Below are positions 33,107 through 41,053 of a stretch of 41,053 nucleotides of DNA, piece by piece. The notes beneath the pieces were generated by a model. That model did not search any database and had not been told where the DNA came from. It was given only the letters and a program-made list of their open reading frames with translations. The position numbers and the translations under genes are program-made. Within the stretch, counting starts at the first letter, position 1; the number at the start of each line of letters is the position of its first letter. Origin of the DNA: Mesotaenium endlicherianum (lineage: Eukaryota); NCBI GenBank assembly GCA_009602735.1, contig WELA01003449.1:662205-703257 (forward strand), read 5' to 3'.

Positions 33107-33208
33107 GTAAACAGCAGCGAATCCACTATACTAATACTAATATACTTCTTGCAATCCCTATGACAAAGGTCCATATCCTACTAACTTGTGCCCTGGTTAC
33201 ATGCACAG
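33107..33208 (+). other. Putative spliceosomal intron immediately 5' of the extra ORF
   Basis: AAG|GTAAAC donor at 33107, TACTAAC branch point at 33179-33185, CACAG|G ATG acceptor at 33208. Confidence 0.6.
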
Positions 33209-33209
33209 G

Positions 33210-34886
33210 ATGACGCCCACCACACAAAAGGAGGACAGAAAGCGCAAGGCAGAAGAAGCCAGGAGGACAATGGAGCAATACCAGAAGGAGCTGGCGGCGA
33301 CGTCCCTCACCAGGAGAGAACAAGAAAGGGTCCGCAGACAACAAGAGGCGGCAGAAGAGGCACAGAGGAAGAAGAATCAGGAAGCGGAAAACCTCAGGAA
33401 AGCTGAGGAGGAGAGACAGAAGAAACAACAAGAAGAAGCGGCAGTTGCAGAGGAGGAGAAAAGGAAAAAGATTGAAGCGGACAGACAGAAGAGCTTGGCC
33501 ACTTATAGGTATACTTTGGTGGGTGGCCAAAACTTCAATAACCTGAAGAAAGCATTGCTGGCAGCCCAGGAGATCAACAGGCTGGAACAGACAACACTGC
33601 TACAGAGGGAAGGGGCTGCAGCACTGGATAGGTACATCGAGACACACACTGGTGTGGTCCTCTACGAAGATTATGCCAAGATGGTGGGCTATACAGCAGA
33701 GCAGGCCCGGTATCTTGCAGATGATTCAGAGGACAAGCCGGTCCCCATACCGGGAATAGTGAAAGATCAGAGACTCATCCGGATGGTGAGCATGCGGCCT
33801 GATAGCTTTAAGGATACGGTATTCTACCTCACACTACTGCCAGCTTACAATGAAGTTGAGAGAAGGAGCTGGGAGTACTTGGCCAGGGAAGCAGGACAGC
33901 AGATGTTCTCTCCCCACTGGTTCCCATGTAAACTGAGGAAGGCTGAGCACGGACCCCAGTACTACCAGCAGCCAACAGACTGGGGGTGGATGACCGTCAC
34001 AAATAAGAAGCAGGAGTGTGACCGAGCCCAACCGGATGACTTCCACTATGGCCTAGACGGCTATCTCAACCTACCACCTCACATTGCCCCTTGGGACCCC
34101 AGGCTGAATGGCTGCCTGAGCCATATGAATGCAGAGACCAAAGAGCATAGGAGGAGGGGAAGAGACTACTTCTCTAAGGGAAAGCATGCCTTTGTCAAAT
34201 GGGCAAAGAATGCAGGCCGTATAGATATCAACAGGCTGAAGGCCAAACAACCTCCAGCGCGCCCTAAGAAAGGGAGGTCGGTAGACTACTCCATGTCTAC
34301 TAGGGAGCAGGACGACTTAGTGGACGAGACCCCTACTCTCTCCGAGGAGGAGGATGAGGAGGATGAGGAAGAAGAACAAGGCAGAGGAGAAACATCAGCA
34401 GCAGGTACTCAGGATACCCAGGGGCAGGCAGGGGCGCCTCCTAAAGAACCACGATCAGGTATTTGGAATGTGATCCCCGTTATGGCGACAACTGGATCCC
34501 GTGCTCGCTCCCCTAGCCCACCTGCCCAAGCAGGGGAAGAAGCTGATCTGACTGTATTGGGCAGCAGACACAGGCAGAAATCCCCAGAGGACAGGGGTGC
34601 CAGAAGAGGGACACGCGGGTGGGCCAGAGGTATGCCAGCCTCCCCCTCCGCTCAGGGGCATGTACCTCTAGCCAATGTATTTCAGCATCCTACTGGAATG
34701 CCTGTCTATGTGGGAATCAACACCCAAATAGTTGAAGAGCAGGCCACCATCCTCCGTTCTCCCCGAGGGCCAACTTTAGAGCAAACAGGGTTCTTTAGAA
34801 GGCCAGCTGACAGACCTAGAGGGCTGTCCAGATCTAGGTCCAGATCTCCGTCTCCTGATCCTAAAGCCCCAGGAACAACCCCTTAA
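33210..34886 (+). CDS. Extra retrotransposon ORF of unknown function (558 aa: coiled coil, unrecognised central domain, acidic tract, R/S/P-rich tail)
   Basis: Uninterrupted ORF (open from 33186; ATG 33210 to TAA 34886) between the chromodomain and the PPT of A3. No signal peptide or transmembrane segment visible. Confidence 0.8.
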   Translation: MTPTTQKEDRKRKAEEARRTMEQYQKELAATSLTRREQERVRRQQEAAEEAQRKKNQEAENLRKAEEERQKKQQEEAAVAEEEKRKKIEADRQKSLATYRYTLVGGQNFNNLKKALLAAQEINRLEQTTLLQREGAAALDRYIETHTGVVLYEDYAKMVGYTAEQARYLADDSEDKPVPIPGIVKDQRLIRMVSMRPDSFKDTVFYLTLLPAYNEVERRSWEYLAREAGQQMFSPHWFPCKLRKAEHGPQYYQQPTDWGWMTVTNKKQECDRAQPDDFHYGLDGYLNLPPHIAPWDPRLNGCLSHMNAETKEHRRRGRDYFSKGKHAFVKWAKNAGRIDINRLKAKQPPARPKKGRSVDYSMSTREQDDLVDETPTLSEEEDEEDEEEEQGRGETSAAGTQDTQGQAGAPPKEPRSGIWNVIPVMATTGSRARSPSPPAQAGEEADLTVLGSRHRQKSPEDRGARRGTRGWARGMPASPSAQGHVPLANVFQHPTGMPVYVGINTQIVEEQATILRSPRGPTLEQTGFFRRPADRPRGLSRSRSRSPSPDPKAPGTTP

Positions 34887-34987
34887 AGTGACAGGTTGAA
34901 AAGACAGTCAGTAGGGGAGGCTGGTCAGGGTCAGTTCCTTTATTTAAGGCTTTTGCAGTTTAATGTTGTCGAGGCGACAACAAGTTA

Positions 34988-34999
34988 AGTTGGAGGGAT
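34988..34999 (+). other. Polypurine tract of A3
   Basis: AGTTGGAGGGAT directly before the 3' LTR TG; identical in A2. Confidence 0.85.
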
Positions 35000-35718
35000 T
35001 GTAATGAATCAGTATGTTAGTAGATATAATATTCATTTAAGTATAATAGTTAATTAAGTTCAGCCTGCTGAACTTTAGTTAATAGTCAGTCTGCTGGACT
35101 TTACATACTTATCAGTTTAATGACTCAGCCGAAAGCAGCAAGCTGAAGTTTATATAAGTCAGCTTGCTGACCCATTCTTTGACAGCCAGCTGACTTCCGT
35201 ACTCGGTAGCAGCGAATTGCCTTGACATACACCTAAGTACGATATGCTAGATGAATGGCCAGATGACATCCCTATGATGGATGGCTATTCGGGATGATGG
35301 GAGATGGCGGTGGATTTGGTTAACCGAGGTCCTACCAACGTGGTTAACTCCCGGGTAGGCGGTGCCATCGCACTGACCGTTGAACAGTAAACTCATTCCT
35401 TGTACATATGCTAGGCATTGCTCTCGAGTTCGGCATTCGAAAACGAGGCCAACTCTCTTGTACAGCTTACTGAGAGAGATCCGAATCCAAGGCGAGAAGC
35501 CATTGATACGCATTGTCTTCTAACCTTGCTTATGTATGAGTTTACTGATTTGCATTATGGATGCTAGTTTACTCGCATTTGACTTACAAGTAATGTTCAC
35601 TGCTAGTGTATTGTCCTTTGCCGTTTAACCAGTTAACGGAAAATACCATAAAGATTACTTGCTGATATAAAGATCTTTATTAATTGTTATCGCTTATTTG
35701 GTAAGCCGATTCATTTCA
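35000..35718 (+). repeat. 3' LTR of A3
   Basis: TGTAAT...TTTCA followed by TSD CTTGC. Confidence 0.96.
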
Positions 35719-38700
35719 CTTGCCCGTTGATGCGTGCACCACACTGTTGACCGCAAATTGGATTTGAGGTAACAGGTCATACCAATTATCTTGTTTTTGG
35801 TTAATATAGGCTCTCAGTACCTCTTGCAAAACTCTGGTAGTTCTTTCTGTCTGCCCATCAGTCTGAGGGTGGTTTGCTGTGCTGAGCAGCTGCTTGACTC
35901 CCATTAACCCCATTAAAGCTGTCCAGAACTTAGAGGTAAATTTTGAGGCTCTGTCTGAGATTATATTAGAGGGTAGTCCATGTTGGCGTACTACATGGTT
36001 GTAGAACTGTCTCGCTGTTTCGAGTGCAATTACCTTGACAGTTGTGGGGATAAAAATGACCATTTTTGTCAGTTTGTCCACAATAACCAGTATCGAATCA
36101 TGCCCATTGGCAGTTCGTGGCAGTGTGACCACCCAGTCCATGGATATTGTTTCCCAGCGGCCAGCTGGGATGGGCAGCGGTTGTAAGAGGCCCCCCGGTG
36201 GTGTGTGCCTAGACTTATTCTTTTGACACTGGTCACAGGACTTAACGTATTTCAAGACCTCCCGAGGTAATCCCTCCCAATGATAATGTTTTGCCAGTTT
36301 GCCAACAGTTTTGGCCTGTCCCAAATGCCCACCCAGTAGATTGTCATGTGCTTGACTCAATAAAAGGGACCTTATTTCCACGTTATTAGGAACGACTAGC
36401 TTCAGCCTTCCTGAAGTGGTTTCAGTCACCCAGACCCCTCCCTTAAGCTTATACCCGAGTGCAGTAGCACGACACATACCAGTAGTGGGGCTGGGCTCAA
36501 ATGTCGGGTCAGAAAGGTAGGTTTTCCTAAGTTGTTCAAGGAAGGACTTTTTCACCTTTAGTGAAGTGAGTGCACACAGGACTTTATTCACAGCATGCTG
36601 ACTAAAGTTCCTTTCTTGCAAGTCAGGTCTTCTAGAGAGTGCATCAGCAGGATTCAACTTCCCTGGTTTGTAGTCAATCTGGACTTGAAATTGCTCCAGC
36701 ATCTGGCTCCAGCGATTCTTTCTCTTTGACAGCTTGGACTTCTTCTGAAAGTGAGTCAGAGCTAGATGATCTGTAATCACCTTAAAAGCTTTACCATGTA
36801 AGTATGCTCTCCACTGTTTGAGTACATGAATGATAGCTAGCAGCTCTTTATCATGCACTGAGTAATTAATCTCCGCTGGATTAAATTTCATAGACTCATA
36901 CAACACAGGATGCCACTCCTGCCGTACCTTACCATCCTTTGTGGTTTTGTCAGCAGGCTGCAACAAAATAGCACCCATGGCAAAGTCAGAGGCATCAGTA
37001 ACCACCTGCACGGGTTTGCTGGGGTCATACACGGCTAGCACTGGGGCAGAACAAAGAGCATCTTTAAGGGTCTGGAAGGCAGCTTGCTGCTCTTCCCCTC
37101 ACACATACCCTATGTCTTTCTTAGTAAGGTCAGTCAGTTTACTGGCCTTTGTGGAATAATTCTCAATAAATCTCCTATAGTAGTTAGCCAACCCGAGGAA
37201 GGATCTAACTTCAGAGACAGACTGTGGTACTGGCCAGTCCCTTATAGTCTGGACTTTCTTAGGATCCACACTGATGCCTTCTTTACTGACAACATGGCCT
37301 AAGAATTCACTACTTTCTTTAAAGAAATCACACTTGCTCATTTTAGCATATAAGTGATTCCTTCTCAGCGTATCCATGACTGTCTTTAAGTGTTCAGTGT
37401 GCTAAGCTTCATCTTTTGAGAAAATTAAAATATCATCCAGGAAAACTTGCACAAACTTATCCAAATGAGGTCTGAAAATGTCATTCATAGCACCCATGAA
37501 GGTCGCAGGAGCATTAGTCAATCCAAATGGCATCACGTTGAACTCATAGTGTCCATAACGTGTGCGGAAGGCAGTCTTGTGTTCATCCCCCTCAACAATT
37601 CTGATTTGATGATAACCACTCTTAAGATCAATCTTACTGAACACCTTAACACCAGACAGGGTATCAAGCAAGTCCTCGATTCTGGGTAAAGCATACTTAT
37701 TCTATACTGTAATTCTGTTCAATGCTTTGTAATCCACACACATCCGCATACTGCCATCCTTTTTCTTAACAAACAGGATGGGTGCGCCGTAAGCTGATAT
37801 ACTGGGAGAAATATAACCATTTTCCTCAAGCTCTGCAACCTGTGTTTCAATTCCTCGCTCTCCACAGAAGACAAGCCATAAGTGCGTTGCCAGGGTGGTT
37901 GACTTCCAGGTAGTAAATCAATCCTATGATCTACTTCTCTCTTCGGGATTAGTCCTGGAGGCATATTAAACACATCCGTGTACTGAGCAACAACTTTTGC
38001 AGCAGTAGGGTGCTCCGGAGGGCTTACCTTTTTGTCCACCACTTCTTCAGGTTGAGGAGGTACTTCTCTTAGTAGCAGACAGAACATTTTGTCTTCCTTC
38101 TGGTTCCAGCTTTTGACAAACTCCATTGCATTCAGCAACTTGCATTCTTCTGGAAGCCTCTTCTTTTCCTTCAGTTGCCATCCCTATAGGACAAGAGGAA
38201 GAGCACTGGTGGGTGCCAAGTGAGTCTGCCCATCACTGGCTCCTCTCACTTTAACTGTACCTCTGCTCAACACACTTCAGCTTGATGTCTATTAAGCCAG
38301 GACCTGCCTAGCACGAGATCATAAAAGCCAGTGTTGAGTACCTCAAATGTAAGCGTTTCAGTTAGAACTGCAATGCCAGAACCTAACTGGACCTCAATAG
38401 GCTTGGTTATAACTCCTCCCGGGATACTTGAGGCATCTCCAAGGAATATTTTTCTATTCCCTTTGGTGACAGTAGGCAGCCTTAGCTGCTTACCTAAGTC
38501 CTTGTGGATAAAAGTATGTGACGCCCCTCCGTCAACAAATGCCCTCACCTTCCTACTTGCAATCATGCAATGCAGTAGGATAGGGGGGACTGTCTTTTCC
38601 TGACTTTCGCATTGTTCTCCTGACTTAGCAAAGAAATGTTGGACATCAGGTGGAACAAGAGCATCCAGAGTGTGCACTCTCTGGACGTCTATATTGCTGA

Positions 38701-38870
38701 TGGTCTCCTTTATCTGGTTGTCAGGCATGCATAGTGAATCCAGTTCAGCAGGACCCATAATACCTGCTACGAGGGCAGCTAGTGACGACTCACTATCTAT
38801 AGCATCCTCACAGTCAGTAGACTGGATTACTGACTGTTGCTGTCTTTTAAAGGCTGGTCTTTTCTCTCGA
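35719..38870 (-). pseudogene. pol: A2 pol: protease, RT, RNase H, integrase (several stops/frameshifts)
   Basis: [86 protein letters not shown]...CDQCQ, ISMDW, SDR, QTDGQTER. Confidence 0.93.
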
Positions 38871-39594
38871 CTTTCGGANTGTGCTTGACTGGACATTGTT
38901 CTCTGTAGTGGCCCAACTGCTGACAATGGTAGTATTATACTCATACTCATATTCATCACCCTGATCATCCTTAGCCTGGTCTCCTTCAATTGCATTGTAG
39001 GAACCGTGGGGCTTTTTGACAACCTTAGACACCAAAGCATTACTCTGGCGCTTGTGATTGAACTGCTGCTGATCCCAGGCATCAGCATCCTGGATCAAGT
39101 CAGCCAGTTTCTCATACTTCTTCTCAGCAAAATGACCCGAGACTTCGGATTTCAAGCCATACCTGAAGTATGCTACTCTATACCGTTCTGGCAAGTCTGG
39201 CTGTTTCATCATGTTCTCCTGGAACTTTTGAGCAAACTCAGCAACTGAAGTGGTCTGCTTCAGTGTCAGGGAGATCATTGCATAGATAACCTCCTCTTGC
39301 TGGTTGATGACATCAAACTTCTCATGCAACTTCTCGACAAACTCTACCCACGTAGGGTCACCGAGTTGCTAACTGTTCAGCTTCTAATCTGGCTCTCTCC
39401 TCCTCAGCTTGCTGTGCTGCGACTACGGCAATAGCAGCTGCCTCATCTGCAGTCTCTCTAGCTGCAGTATCTGCCACTGCTTCAGAATAGGTACGGGTTC
39501 CCGCTACATGGCTTTCCGCCTGGTTTTTGACATTCTCGTTATCCTGGTTCTCCATGTCTTGGGAGTTGCTAGTTTGAGACCTTGTCCTTACCAT
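38847..39594 (-). pseudogene. gag: A2 gag with internal deletions
   Basis: MVRTRS start at 39594. Jump near 39370 to the PTWVEFVEK region; RGG region also missing. Confidence 0.88.
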
Positions 39595-39628
39595 ACAAAG
39601 AAGACTGTGATAACTGCTCCGATACCAC

Positions 39629-40349
39629 TGAAATGAATCGACTTACCAAATAGGCGATTAACAATTAATGAAGATCTTTATATCAGCAAGTAATCTTCAT
39701 GGTATTTTCCGTTAATTGAATTAACAGCAAAGGACAACACACTAGCAATAAATAATACTCGTAAGTCAAATGCGAGTAGACTAGCATCCATAATGCAAAT
39801 CGGTAAACTCATACATAAGCAAGGTTAGAAGACAATGCGTATCAATGGCTTCTCGCCTTGGATTCAAATCTCTCTCAGTAAGCTGTACAAGAGAGTTGGC
39901 CTCGTTTCCGAATGCCGAACTTGAGAACAATGCCTAGCATATGTACATGGAATGAGTTTACTGTTCAACGGCCAGTGCAATGGCACCGCCTACCCGGGAG
40001 TTAACCACGTTGGTAGGACCTCGGTTAACCAAATCCACCGCCATCTCCCATCATCCCGAATCGCCATCCATCCTAGGGATGTCATTCGGCCATTCATCAA
40101 GCACACCACACTTAGATGCATATTGAGGCAGTTCGCTGCTATCGAGTACGGAAGTCAGCTGGCTGTCAAAGAATGTGTCAGCAAGCTGACTTAAGTGGAC
40201 TTCAGCCTGCTGCTTCCGGCTGAGTCATTAAACTGATATTAAATATGAAGTCCAGCAGACTGATTATCAACTAGAGTTCAGTAGGCTGAACTTAAACAAC
40301 TATTATATTTAAATGAATATTATACTTACTAATATACTTATTCATTACA
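39629..40349 (-). repeat. 5' LTR of A2
   Basis: TGTAATGAA...ATTTCA on minus followed by the PBS. Confidence 0.95.
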
Positions 40350-41053
40350 GGGTTGCACATATGGCTTGAAGAGGGAAGCGTGGAATACGGGGTCGATGTG
40401 CTTAGTCTGGGGAAGTTCTAGCTTGAAAGCAACGGGATTGACTTGCTGGATAATCTTGAAGGGTCCCAAATACTTGGGAGAGAACTTGCTGCCGGCAGGC
40501 CTATTGTTAAGAGAAATATTCTTGGACGACAGTAACACGTTGTCACCCACTCTGTACGTAATTTCTCTTCTGGACCTGTTTGCCACTCCTGCTTGAGCAT
40601 CTTGCGCCCGTTATAGAGCTTTCTTCGCTGCTGTAAGGGCCGCTTCTAATGTCTCCCTAAAATTTGTTGCTGCAGGTACTTCATCATGGCTAGCCGTGAA
40701 GCTCAGCGGCGTGGTTGGATGGAAGCCATAGTTGAGGAAGAATGGGGACTCTTGGGTAGAGGCCTGCGTCGTGTTGTTGTAGGCAAACTCCAGGGGGGTC
40801 AAGTACATGTCCCAATCTTGCTCCAGAGTAGACACGTAGGCCTTTAGAGAGGTCTTTAGGGTACGATTNATCTTTAGGATACGATTCATACGCTCGATTT
40901 GCCCATCTAATTGCGGGTGGTAGGCAGTGGACATATCCAGCGATGTACCCAAGTTCTGAAGAGATTTTTCCAGAAATGGCTTGTGAATCTTGGATCTCTA
41001 TCCGACACAATTCTTGATGGTAGTCCATGGAGTCGGAAGATGTTGTCAAAGAT
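40350..41053 (-). pseudogene. Element B integrase core and GPY/F region
   Basis: [64 protein letters not shown]. Frameshifts. Sequence distinct from family A integrase. Confidence 0.9.

Larger units (their letters stand above)
28225..35718 (+). mobile_element. Ty3/Gypsy chromovirus family A copy A3, LTR-to-LTR, RT/RNase H deleted, with extra ORF
   Basis: LTRs 28225-28918 and 35000-35718, TSD CTTGC at 28220-28224 and 35719-35723, PBS 28920-28931, PPT 34988-34999. Confidence 0.97.
26695..40349 (-). mobile_element. Ty3/Gypsy chromovirus family A copy A2, both LTRs present, contains nested A3
   Basis: 5' LTR 39629-40349, PBS 39616-39627, gag-pro-RT-RNaseH-IN-chromodomain, PPT 27398-27409, 3' LTR 26695-27397. 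5-bp TSD GGGTT at 26690-26694 and 40350-40354. Confidence 0.96.
25045..41053 (-). mobile_element. Ty3/Gypsy chromovirus family B element (3' LTR, UTR, chromodomain, integrase); split by A2, continues past the right edge
   Basis: 3' LTR 25045-25544 with PPT (GGGGGGGTGA on minus) at 25545-25554. Integrase at 40350-41053 (STAYHPQ.DGQ.ER, EFAYNN, PKYLGPF, PVFHASLFKPY) joins in frame across TSD GGGTT to 26694 downward: DNKFPGR..PPAP..DDHLEYEVEDI...KGY...NSWV (chromodomain). Confidence 0.92.

Noticed and set aside
33210..34886. Calling the extra ORF an envelope (env) gene
   Set aside because: Position fits, but there is no signal peptide or transmembrane helix and the composition is highly charged.

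Overview
Eukaryotic genomic DNA, most likely a streptophyte (charophyte-type) green alga. This is an inference from a land-plant-like ATG9, GC-rich exons and CA/TG-rich introns. Left half (1-19.5 kb), gene space: (1) a 13-exon minus-strand gene, running off the left edge, for a signal-peptide + G8-domain + parallel beta-helix protein of the CEMIP/TMEM2/PKHD1L1 type, with one probable GC-AG intron; (2) a 10-exon minus-strand ATG9 with a greatly expanded disordered C-tail and an antisense GT61 glycosyltransferase fragment inside one intron. Right half (19.5-41 kb): a solo LTR followed by a five-layer nest of Ty3/Gypsy LTR retrotransposons (families A and B are chromoviruses), with two layers and the solo LTR bounded by exact 5-bp target-site duplications (TSDs). 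Family A (3 copies) appears to express Pol by a -1 ribosomal frameshift (U UUA AAA + 7-nt spacer + perfect 10-bp stem). Its youngest copy carries an intact, unrecognised 558-aa extra ORF between the chromodomain and the polypurine tract (PPT). That ORF is preceded by a putative spliceosomal intron (GTAAAC...TACTAAC...CAG|G ATG), and the whole 2-kb cassette is absent from the sister copy. This accessory gene is the best candidate for an undescribed system here.
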